Of a stretch of 64,000 nucleotides of DNA, positions 9,351-18,047 are shown piece by piece. Source of the DNA: a virus. Below the pieces are notes generated by a model. It searched no databases. It was given only the letters and a program-made list of their open reading frames with translations, and was not told where the DNA came from. A program made the position numbers and the translations under genes. The stretch is taken from IMG/VR virus record IMGVR_UViG_3300011115_000650; one strand, 5' to 3'. Positions within the stretch are counted from its first letter, which is position 1. Each line of letters opens with the position of its first letter.

Positions 9351-9440
9351 TAGTCAGGACAGGATTCGAACCTGTTAGGAGTTATTGACTATTACCTCCG
9401 CCGCTCACTCGGTGCGTCTAACCAATTCCGCCACCTGACT
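9351..9440 (-). ncRNA. tRNA-like RNA (Leu-type scaffold, non-canonical anticodon arm)
   Basis: Acceptor AGTCAGG/CCTGACT+A, D arm GGCGGAATTGGTTAGACGC, T arm ACAGG-TTCGAAT-CCTGT; no 5-bp/7-nt anticodon stem-loop. Confidence 0.7.
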
Positions 9441-9450
9441 ATTTTATAAC

Positions 9451-9561
9451 CTACATTCTATTATGATAGAACCAGGTTTTGCTATGTGAAGGACAATTTG
9501 TACTTCTGCAACTTGTAAGACCTAAAACTACTACTGCTAATACTGCTAATACTTTTTTCAT
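9451..9561 (-). CDS. 36-aa predicted lipoprotein (not in track)
   Basis: MKKVLAVLAVVVLGLTS-CRSTNCPSHSKTWFYHNRM; LTSC lipobox; own promoter. Confidence 0.7.
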   Translation of the reverse strand: MKKVLAVLAVVVLGLTSCRSTNCPSHSKTWFYHNRM

Positions 9562-9629
9562 AACTTTTAATTTTTGTTTGTTTTTTAATATACCTAAATA
9601 TATGAACCTTATTTCAGACTACCAACTTT

Positions 9630-9824
9630 TTATCCTAAAAATACTGCTCTATCTTTACTAAATTTTGTACTCACATTTAATTCAGTAGCCCACTCATAGA
9701 ATGATGCAGTAACATAGCCTCCAACCGTTCTTCTACTAGGAGTAGGGACTGGAGTACCTCTTTTCTTCTTACCGACGATATTGCGTTTTGCTTTTAAGAC
9801 CAGTGTTGTGATTTGACGTTTCAT
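9630..9824 (-). CDS. Basic cassette protein
   Basis: Own promoter. Confidence 0.6.
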   Translation of the reverse strand: MKRQITTLVLKAKRNIVGKKKRGTPVPTPSRRTVGGYVTASFYEWATELNVSTKFSKDRAVFLG

Positions 9825-9880
9825 AACTTTTTTATTTTTGATTTATCTAAAGATAGGATATTGGATTCAGACGAGCAACT

Positions 9881-10138
9881 TTATTTCTCTAAAGATTCCA
9901 TAAATTCTTGCATAGTATCTTCCTCACCTTTAAAATAACCTAATACTTCAAACTTACCTTTTTCCATATCGGAAATTAAAATACCTAAACTCTCATAACT
10001 GTCAATCACAGCTATCAAATCCCCCATACCTTTAAAATGATCCTGGTATTCATTTAATGTAATATCGTAGCGTCTATCAGACCATAGTTGAATTGCATTA
10101 CCTACTAAATTTTCTTTTGCACTTGATAATAATGACAT
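9881..10138 (-). CDS. Cassette hypothetical protein
   Basis: Own promoter. Confidence 0.6.
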   Translation of the reverse strand: MSLLSSAKENLVGNAIQLWSDRRYDITLNEYQDHFKGMGDLIAVIDSYESLGILISDMEKGKFEVLGYFKGEEDTMQEFMESLEK

Positions 10139-10152
10139 ATTTTTTATTTTTT

Positions 10153-10197
10153 GATTATACCTAAATATAGTTACTTTATTTCAGACTACCAACTTTA
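10153..10197 (-). promoter_or_regulatory. Representative Bacteroidota sigma-A-type early promoter (-33 TTG, 20-nt spacer, -7 TATATTTAG)
   Basis: AAAGTTG GTAGTCTGAAATAAAGTAAC TATATTTAG GTATAATC matches TTG-N19-21-TAnnTTTG with a terminal G>A change. Confidence 0.8.
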
Positions 10198-10199
10198 TT

Positions 10200-10397
10200 T
10201 TAAAACTCTCCTAATTTTAATCCATTCCAAAGTTCATCTAATCTCTCATCTGAAATCCTAACTGTAGTATCTGGACATTCTGAGATTAACATTCTAACAA
10301 GTCTCAATCTTTTAGAAGCCATTTCCGGATTAGTTGTAAGTTCTATTTCCATATCTTCTAAATGGCTAAGAACTATTATGCTTACTTTTGTTGTCAT
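10200..10397 (-). CDS. Cassette hypothetical protein
   Basis: Own promoter. Confidence 0.6.
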   Translation of the reverse strand: MTTKVSIIVLSHLEDMEIELTTNPEMASKRLRLVRMLISECPDTTVRISDERLDELWNGLKLGEF

Positions 10398-10457
10398 ATC
10401 TTTTATTTTTGATTATACCTAAATATAGCTACTTTATTTCATACTACCAACTTTATT

Positions 10458-10610
10458 TTACCAATTATACCACCTAAAACTTTTACTACCGCATTTACAT
10501 TTAAACTCTCTAGCCCATTTCTTTAATGTAAAATTGTACTTTCTGCGAGACTCTTTACCGCAGCTATGACATTGACACTTTTTAACTTCCAAATGATGAT
10601 TATTAGCCAT
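10458..10610 (-). CDS. 50-aa basic Zn-ribbon-like protein (not in track)
   Basis: MANNHHLEVKKCQCHSCGK...FKCKCGSKSFRWYNW; own promoter. Confidence 0.6.
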   Translation of the reverse strand: MANNHHLEVKKCQCHSCGKESRRKYNFTLKKWAREFKCKCGSKSFRWYNW

Positions 10611-10672
10611 ATCTTTTATTTTTGATTATACCTAAATATAGGTACTATTATTCAAACGAGCAACTTTAACAC

Positions 10673-10699
10673 AAAAAAAAATCCCCTAGAAAGGGGACT
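10673..10699 (-). terminator. Intrinsic terminator
   Basis: GTCCCCT-TTCT-AGGGGAT hairpin followed by a T run. Confidence 0.75.
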
Positions 10700-10732
10700 T
10701 AGTGGTGTTGTCATAAGATAGGGTTAGGACAA

Positions 10733-10969
10733 TTAAGCTGATAATACAGCTACTTCTGTTTTAAGGCGAGATACCAATTGGGCGTTGGTTAATCTACGGT
10801 TCGCCATTCGGTAAGCGGCTGAGGTGATTGAAGAATTGAATCTTCTGCCATTCATTACATTGCTAACGTGAGATACTGAGTACCCACTCTCTGTGGCTAG
10901 CTTGGTTAGATCTCCTCTACGTCTCTTTTGCTGAAACTTAGCTACCTTTGTGATTTCTGTTAAATTCAT
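10733..10969 (-). CDS. XRE-like HTH DNA-binding protein
   Basis: GDLTKLATESGYSVSHVSNVMNGRR. Confidence 0.7.
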   Translation of the reverse strand: MNLTEITKVAKFQQKRRRGDLTKLATESGYSVSHVSNVMNGRRFNSSITSAAYRMANRRLTNAQLVSRLKTEVAVLSA

Positions 10970-11035
10970 ACTGCTTGTTTTTATTTACTATTTTAATATA
11001 AGGACTCTGATTCAATCGACCAACTTTATTTTTTT

Positions 11036-11395
11036 TTAATCTTTATGATTTAGAGTAGCCCAGAAGTAGATAAAACCTATCAGGGATACTAATAAGAATA
11101 TACCATCTAGCCCTAAGAAGAATAATATTACAGAATCGATGTCTCCCTGTAAATTACAGAGGATAATTACTTGGATGATAAGTCCTATACAAAACAGGCC
11201 AAACGCTCTCTTTCCTATTCTCTCCCCTGTCTGGCTATCTGGCTTCCTACCCTGTAGCCTAGCGTAACAATCGTATATACCATTCCATCCAGCTCCTATG
11301 ATAAAGTATACAACTAGGGTTATGATTAAGAACTTCAAGGTCTCAACTATACCATCAAGTAGGGCTAGGGTCGAAGATTTGTTTTGATCTGACAT
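11036..11395 (-). CDS. Membrane protein (~3 TM)
   Basis: Three hydrophobic stretches. Confidence 0.6.
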   Translation of the reverse strand: MSDQNKSSTLALLDGIVETLKFLIITLVVYFIIGAGWNGIYDCYARLQGRKPDSQTGERIGKRAFGLFCIGLIIQVIILCNLQGDIDSVILFFLGLDGIFLLVSLIGFIYFWATLNHKD

Positions 11396-11417
11396 AGCAG
11401 TTTAATGTTTTAAAGGT

Positions 11418-11669
11418 TTAATATTCTTCTTCTACATCGAAGTTATCCTCTTCCTCATACACTTCATTCTCTACATTGGCTAGGAATGTATCCAAGTTAT
11501 TCAATAGGCCATCAAATGGCTTTTCGATCATAGCTACAAAGTCTGATTCCTCGACCGAGCTAAAGCCAACCGTAGCAGCATCAATGCTAGCATTCTCTCT
11601 TAGGGTTTCTAATTGCTCTCTTAACTCCTGTAATAGTTCTACTTTTGAATTTTGTTTCCTTCTTGACAT
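11418..11669 (-). CDS. Acidic hypothetical protein
   Basis: C-terminus EVYEEEDNFDVEEEY. Confidence 0.6.
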   Translation of the reverse strand: MSRRKQNSKVELLQELREQLETLRENASIDAATVGFSSVEESDFVAMIEKPFDGLLNNLDTFLANVENEVYEEEDNFDVEEEY

Positions 11670-11692
11670 ATGATTTTTATTTTTATTGATTG

Positions 11693-12022
11693 TTAATTAA
11701 TTTCACTACCTGTCTCTCCTAATAGTATTCTTTCAGCATACCAATAACTCACATCCTCCATCGGCATCGTCATCATCAACTGACGCAGCATCTGTTCTTC
11801 CATATGATTAGCCTTTAGATACTCTTGCATATCCTCTCCTGTCATCTCTGCTAACTCCATATCATCCTCATATATCCAATTAGCATAATTATCCTTACCC
11901 TCTACCTGAACTCGATAAGAACTATCCTCACCTGCCTCGGTAATAAATCCTACATCACCTTTCTTTAGTATCGATTGACGTGCATCTAATACTCTTACTT
12001 TTTGACCTACTCTAAATTGCAT
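11693..12022 (-). CDS. SH3/KOW-like module protein
   Basis: FRVGQKVRV...GDVGFI..Y.V. Confidence 0.5.
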   Translation of the reverse strand: MQFRVGQKVRVLDARQSILKKGDVGFITEAGEDSSYRVQVEGKDNYANWIYEDDMELAEMTGEDMQEYLKANHMEEQMLRQLMMTMPMEDVSYWYAERILLGETGSEIN

Positions 12023-12098
12023 ATTTTTTATTTTTATTGATTATACCTAAATATATGAACTACTATTCGTACTAACAACTTTATTTTAACTAATTTTA

Positions 12099-12133
12099 AA
12101 AAAGAGGCCACCCCGTAGAAACAGGGCAGGCCG
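12099..12133 (-). terminator. Intrinsic terminator after the RadA-like gene
   Basis: GGCC..CCCTG-TTTC-TACGGGG..GGCC hairpin followed by a T run. Confidence 0.55.
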
Positions 12134-12149
12134 TTTTTACAATCAAAAA

Positions 12150-13046
12150 TTACGAGTTTAAAGAATATTCACCATCCACCTCTTCCTCCTTCTCCTCAAC
12201 CAAAGTTCCATAATGAATATCCTGATTATTTAGTTGGTAAGTAAATTTAATACCTGCTTGACCGTTTCTATTTTTTGAGAACATAATATAAGTTCCTCCT
12301 CCCTCTCTCTCCCCTTCCCTCTTTAATTCCATATGCGCATCTGTGATATGCTTAATCTTATTTGAACCTACAAACACTCCTGCTTTAGTTACTTGTTGGA
12401 TTAATAGGAATGAAGTATACTTTCCTAATTCATTATTAGCTTCATTATGCTCAACGCATAAATCAACCAACCACTTCTCTGCCTGGCTCTGAGACATACT
12501 AGCATCCTCTTTAACCGATTCTAATACCTCAACTATACTATCGATTAGGATATAGTCATATCCCTTTTTAAACAACTGCTCTATAACTTCCTTAGAGTTA
12601 TAATTCATGAAATCAGAAGTAAAGATAGTCTCCAAGTTACCAAAAATTGGAAACCTTTGAGTATACTTAAACATTTGAATCTTTGACATCTCAGCACAAA
12701 CAAACAAACATTTTAATTTAGGATTCTTTAACTGTAAACTAGCCAAGGTATGTAGCAATACAGTCGTTTTACCAACCCCTGGATCTCCTGTAGCCATTAT
12801 ATTAGTTCCTACTGGAACACCTCCCTCGTATGAGAAGATAGTATCCAATACCAACCCTGTTTTATTTATTTTTAACATGTTGGAGTTTATATTAATATGA
12901 TCCAACTTTACTACCTTACCGAAGTCTATGACTTGAGGTACTTTAGGCTCCATAACCTGGCCTGATTTTCTTACTAGGTACTCTTCAAGAGTTAATCCTA
13001 GATCTTTTGCTTTTTTAGTAGCGTAATACTTTTGTGTGTAAGTCAT
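12150..13046 (-). CDS. RadA/Sms-like RecA-superfamily ATPase
   Basis: Walker A GDPGVGKT, Walker B ILIDS, QVTKAG..GS..IKHITD and the KNRNG (KNRFG-like) motif; lacks the RadA Zn finger and Lon domain. Confidence 0.8.
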   Translation of the reverse strand: MTYTQKYYATKKAKDLGLTLEEYLVRKSGQVMEPKVPQVIDFGKVVKLDHININSNMLKINKTGLVLDTIFSYEGGVPVGTNIMATGDPGVGKTTVLLHTLASLQLKNPKLKCLFVCAEMSKIQMFKYTQRFPIFGNLETIFTSDFMNYNSKEVIEQLFKKGYDYILIDSIVEVLESVKEDASMSQSQAEKWLVDLCVEHNEANNELGKYTSFLLIQQVTKAGVFVGSNKIKHITDAHMELKREGEREGGGTYIMFSKNRNGQAGIKFTYQLNNQDIHYGTLVEEKEEEVDGEYSLNS

Positions 13047-13119
13047 GTTGTAATTTTTTGATTATACCTAAATATAGGTTAAATGTTTCAGACTAGCAAC
13101 TTTATTTTAAAATAATTTT

Positions 13120-13227
13120 CTACTCTTCATCACTTTCAAATACACAATGTTCATAACATTCAGGACATATACCTATGTCTTCTGAAGTAACCTCTGCTAC
13201 CGCTCCGCAACAATTTGATGTTATCAT
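13120..13227 (-). CDS. 35-aa Cys-rich protein (not in track)
   Basis: MITSNCCGAVAEVTSEDIGICPECYEHCVFESDEE; own promoter. Confidence 0.65.
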   Translation of the reverse strand: MITSNCCGAVAEVTSEDIGICPECYEHCVFESDEE

Positions 13228-13287
13228 ATCTTTTATTTTTGATTATACCTAAATGTACGAACTTTATTTCAGACTAGCAACTTTATT

Positions 13288-16177
13288 TTAAAAATCTTTC
13301 CAAGTAGTATGCTTACTTCTTATTTCTAGGTATTCAAAATGCTCTGCTAATTGGAAAATATCCATACTAAATTCCATCTCTTCACACATACTACTTACTT
13401 CAACTTCACAATCATACCAAGCAACTTCTTTGTCCCATCTACTATCTTTTATAACATCAGAACCTAAAATTTTAATAACATCATGTTTCATGATAATTAC
13501 CTGACTGTCTAATACTAAATTTTTTGTGCACTTTAATAGCATATGTTTTAATTTTTGATTGTACCTAAAGATAAGTAAAAGGCCCCGAAGGGCCAACTAT
13601 TTTGTAAACTTTTTTTAATTTATTTTGCTAAAGCAAAACCTTGTACCTTGGTAATAGCCTCCGTAATATCCCACTCTTCCAGTATTAAGCCTAGCATAAT
13701 GGAATTTAAAACCTCTTTTTTCCATTTCAGTAACCACAGCTGCTTTTTGCGAATCAGTAACCTGTAATCCACAAAATTTAACTCCGACAGCTTTTTGACC
13801 TTTTGGTTTACGGCTATCTGAGAATACATACCTACCTGTTCCTAAATTTAAACTTTTTAAAACCTTTCTTAATTCAGACGTAACTGTTACTTTTGACATA
13901 TTATTTAATTTTTGATTATACCTAAATATAGCTACTTTATTTCGATTAGGCAACTTTATTTTTCTGGGTCTTCAGGTACTATAAATATGCCAATTTCTGG
14001 TACATCAACTTCCTTACCGGCAAGTTCATCAATGAAATACATTCTACCATCCTCTCCTTCAAACATCATATCATCAGTCCAATCCTCTACGTTATTAAGA
14101 ACACTAAATATGATATCTCCTCTCATAGAAGACTCAGTTCTACCCCTGTTATCAATAGTTTCTGTGCAACAAATAATTTTAATTGCCATGTTTTATTATT
14201 TTTTGATTATACCTAAATATAGGATATTGGATTCAGACTACCAACTTTATTTTGCAAAAGTTTTAATAATTGCTTTCATTTCACCTAATTCCTTTTTCAA
14301 CTTCTTCATATCATATGAACCTTTACAAGCAGTTTTATAACCCTCCTCTGAACCAAATACCTCAATAAACCTAGCACATTTTTCTTTCCAATATTCTCCT
14401 TCTAATTCAGAAGCCCATTTGTATCCAAAATCATTAAAGTCTCTTGAATCTCCTAAACTAATACCATTCTCAGTCATATTAGCAATATTCAACATCCTAT
14501 CCCCTATTATCGATAATAAATCCTGGGAAGTAAAATTGTAATTATTTTTCATAGCATGAAAGTTAACACCTACATTTGAAGTATCTACTCCTACTCCTGC
14601 CCTACACCATACCTTGTAATGATCAAATGGTCTAATATTCTCCCACATACCATCTGAGATTTGACCTGATAATTCATTTTTGAATAATGCTACTTGGATT
14701 TGATTTGCGAAATTAATCTTGTTCATATTTGTTATTTTTTGATTATACCTAAAGATAAGAAATAGGGAGCAATATTCCAACTACTCCCTAAACTTTTTTT
14801 TAAATTAAATTGCTAGAGGAGCTTTTGAAGCAACTTCATCCATAAAATTTAAAGCCTCTTCATCTGACATCAACATTCCATCATACTCTAAATGCACTGA
14901 AAGCCTAACATCATTATGCAGTAGACAATCTTCTAATGCAGCATAGACAGCTAAATTATCATAGGCCGATAAATCCATTTCAGCAACATAATCGTCTGCA
15001 CTATCTTTCTCAATTCCAAATCCCATTTTAGCATAAGCTTCAATTTCGCTAACATCGATAAAAGCAAATAATTTTTTTGTCATATTGTTTATTTTTGATT
15101 AGACCTAAATATAGGCTTTTAATTTTAGACTACCAACTTTTTTTTAAATAAAATCTGAAATAAATTCATCTACTTCCTCCTCACTTTCTAGAGCTAAAAA
15201 TAAATCTCTCCCATTAATTCCTAAATTCTCCTCTATAGCATTTTCAATTTCTGAAGATCTAACTGTTCCAAATTTTGTCTCTAAATAGCTAATTGCTGTA
15301 AACATATTTTTTATTTTTGATTAGACCTAAATATATGAACTAGTATTCAGACTACCAACTTTTATTTTAAACTATATTCTAATTGTTTGAATAGATTATA
15401 GCCTGTAGGAGAGGGGAAGTAACGCTGAAACCAATTCGATACTGTTAGATAAGGTATAGTCTCTTGATTGACAAATTCCTCTCCAAAGCATTGACAGGCA
15501 TAAGGATATTCTTTGGCTAGATGTAATCGAACTTGGTTGGTTTCAAATGAAGTTATCATATTAATTTGTTTTTGATTATACCTAAAGATAAGTAATAGGG
15601 AGCAATTAAACAACTACTCCCTAAACTTTTTTTAACCTCTACTAGTACTTAACTAACTCTGCAGAATTTACAAATACTAGAGCTCCTAAATCCTCTTGCG
15701 CACTTTCCTCTAAAATTTCTACTTCAAACCACTCCCAAGTTTCTGGCTTATCTAATTCCGGAGCTATTCCCTCCATAGCTTTAGAACAAGTACTAGGCCC
15801 TTCCTCAAACTTAACCTCTCTAACTACTCTAACTTTATCTTCCCATAGCGTAACATACTCTTCTCCTACTTTAATTTTGCTTTGCATATTTTTTATTTTT
15901 TGATTATACCTAAATATAGTATATTGGATTCAAACGAGCAACTTTATTTTGATTATTCTTCGGAATAAATCTCCCATTCCTTTCTTAAATTGCTTTTAAA
16001 AGTTTCCTGAGAAGCTTTATCTAAATCCTCAAATCCAATTTCAAATTCATCTCTCAATATCTCATCAAAACCTTCAATACTCTCCTTAATATAGGATTTC
16101 TTATTAGGATAATCTCCTGGGAAATTATCATCGAAGAAAAATTCATTTACAAATTGGGTAATTTTTTGATTTTGCAT
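13288..16177 (-). CDS. Run of nine single-gene cassettes, all hypothetical (13288, 13615, 13956, 14247, 14805, 15144, 15362, 15642, 15953)
   Basis: Each follows a promoter repeat. Track starts containing 'IFRYNQK' are promoter read-through; true starts are the next Met. 15144-15305 (MFTAISYLE..., 53 aa) is not in the track. Confidence 0.65.
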
Positions 16178-16238
16178 AACTTTTTATTTTTGATTATACC
16201 TAAATATAGATTAATTATTTCAGACTAGCAACTCTTTT

Positions 16239-16394
16239 TTAATAGGGTAGAGAAACTCTTCTATCCCTCCTCCTATCATAGGCCTTCTTATTCCTATGGA
16301 CTCTGTGCCTGGAAACTCTTTGACCTGTCTCCAATTCGATCTGCCTGGAAACCTTTCTTTGAAGGGAAGTGATTAGGGAAGCTTCTACTCGCAT
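16239..16394 (-). CDS. 51-aa very basic protein with an ArfA-like tail motif (not in track)
   Basis: MRVEASL...SRQIELETG..VSRHRVHRNKKAYDRRRDRR; own promoter. Confidence 0.5.
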   Translation of the reverse strand: MRVEASLITSLQRKVSRQIELETGQRVSRHRVHRNKKAYDRRRDRRVSLPY

Positions 16395-16831
16395 ATAACT
16401 CTTTTTTGATTATACCTAAATGTATGAACTAGTATTCAGACTAGCAACTCTTTTTTAGAAAGGTATTAAACTCTTTTATAGGTAATAGAGACTTCCGAAC
16501 ATAGCGATAGAGACCTACTACTAAGTCTCTTTGAATAATTTTGATTGAACTCTTTTTTGTACTCCAAGAACAACAGTGTGAGGGTTTGGTTATAAAGTTT
16601 CTTATACGGCACCTGTCCGGCTTAACCTCTGTTCTTCTTTTGTACTATTATAAATAGGCACCTCCAACTCTTTTTTAACTCTTTTTTTAAAGGTGCCTAA
16701 CTCTTTTTTAGAAATAAACTCTTTTTACTAGACCCTTTCATCTCCCTTAGCTAAACTCTTTTTTGTATAAAGGTATAGCCTACACATGGAGCATTTAATC
16801 TCCCCAGGCTATGAAAGGGCTAGCAATAGAA

Positions 16832-17125
16832 TTAGATCAGGCCTAGATTCTTAGCCCTCACATAACCAACCTCCTTACCCGTTTTTGGATTGAGATACTT
16901 TTGTTTGGTCTTAGGTAAACTCTTTTTAGGGCTTACAACTCTTTCTTTGTCTACAACTCTTTTTTCATGAGTGTTAGCGAATGTACTAATCTGGATAGTA
17001 CTACCTGGTAATTCACCTCTTTCTAACTCTTCTACCATTATTGGATTGTATTCCGAATGCTCGGTATCGAAATGCCATATCGAACTCGTACCATCCTCTG
17101 ATTTGTAATGTCTTTGAAATTTCAT
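16832..17125 (-). CDS. Hypothetical protein
   Basis: Own promoter; carries AACTCTTT repeats internally. Confidence 0.6.
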   Translation of the reverse strand: MKFQRHYKSEDGTSSIWHFDTEHSEYNPIMVEELERGELPGSTIQISTFANTHEKRVVDKERVVSPKKSLPKTKQKYLNPKTGKEVGYVRAKNLGLI

Positions 17126-17206
17126 AACTGTTTTTTTATTTTTATAAAGATAAGGAAAAGAAAGGAGACTAGCAACTAATCTCCTAACTCTTTTTTCAAC
17201 TCTTTT

Positions 17207-17488
17207 TTACTTCCCGCTATAATTAGCAGGGTCGGTTATAATCGCAATCGTTCTCTCAACCGCCTGATCTAAATTAATTTTCCCTAATTCTAAATCCTCC
17301 CTCATTGCAATTAACGAATCCGCCATCCCATTATTAAAATAGCCTTTAGGGACTTTTATTCCTTTATTTTCTGGAATATTACCCTCTACAAATTCCTCAA
17401 TTACAACCTCCCCAAATACATCCGGGCCGGCTTTTACATTTTCTAAACTCCAAACTGAAATTGCATTTTTTAAATTTTCCTTCATCAT
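17207..17488 (-). CDS. Hypothetical protein, first cassette of the array in transcription order
   Basis: Preceded by two tandem promoter repeats (~17505, ~17605). Confidence 0.6.
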   Translation of the reverse strand: MMKENLKNAISVWSLENVKAGPDVFGEVVIEEFVEGNIPENKGIKVPKGYFNNGMADSLIAMREDLELGKINLDQAVERTIAIITDPANYSGK

Positions 17489-18047
17489 ATTGTTTATTTT
17501 TGATTATACCTAAATATATGAACTCTTTTTCGACTTTCCAACTCTTTTTTTAATTAATTTAAAATATTTTTTTTATTTTATTTCCCTCCCTAATTAATTA
17601 ATATACCTAAATATAGGGGCTTATTTTCAAGTCGCCAACTCTTTTTTTGGGTTTTAACTCTTTTTTCCTTTTGTCTAATAAAGGCAGGTAAAGGGTAGAA
17701 ATTGTCTAATATAGTATGGGGAACTGTATATATTTTCTAAATTTCCTAAGGAAGTTGGACGTCTGAGACAGGCTAGCCTCGGTACCAGGTTCTTTATTTA
17801 TAAACGTTCCCCCTTTTTTTCTATACATCTTCACTCTCCATTCCTACCTATTAGTGTTTTTCCTTACCTCTCCTCTCTTTCCCCGTTTCTATATTTTCTA
17901 CTTCCTACTTTTTTTATACACTATCTCCTTCCCTCCACTCATCTAAGTTTCTTTCTTATATCTCTTAATTCAGTAGCAATCAACCATAGCGGTACCCCTA
18001 TCATTATCGAGGATATAAATTGTATCATATAGTATTTATTTCTCGTT

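Larger units (their letters stand above)
4848..17640 (-). repeat. Dispersed array of ~30 copies of a ~50-60 bp promoter/leader element, one in front of almost every small ORF
   Basis: Minus-strand consensus AAAGTTGnTAGTnTGAA-N10-TAT(A/C)TTTAGGTATAATCAAAAA..ATG, seen near 5190, 5855, 6255, 6600, 6805, 7080, 7200, 7425, 7680, 9195, 9590, 9845, 10155, 10415, 10630, 12040, 13060, 13245, 13560, 13915, 14205, 14745, 15100, 15320, 15575, 15905, 16195, 16410, 17145, 17505 and 17605. Confidence 0.9.
16230..17666. repeat. Cluster of short direct repeats AACTCTTTT(TT)
   Basis: About 18 exact copies plus ~4 variants by manual count in 1.4 kb, all in the same orientation. Confidence 0.85.

Noticed and set aside
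13288-15613. Shared N-terminal peptide 'IFRYNQK' in several ORFs as a protein motif
   Set aside because: It is the translation of the promoter repeat (ATCTTTAGGTATAATCAAAAA); true starts are downstream
4848-17640. Repeat array as a CRISPR or integron attC array
   Set aside because: Repeats are degenerate, mostly non-palindromic and promoter-shaped; the intervening sequences are whole ORFs of variable length; no cas1/cas2 or integrase is present (the Cas4-like nuclease is solitary)
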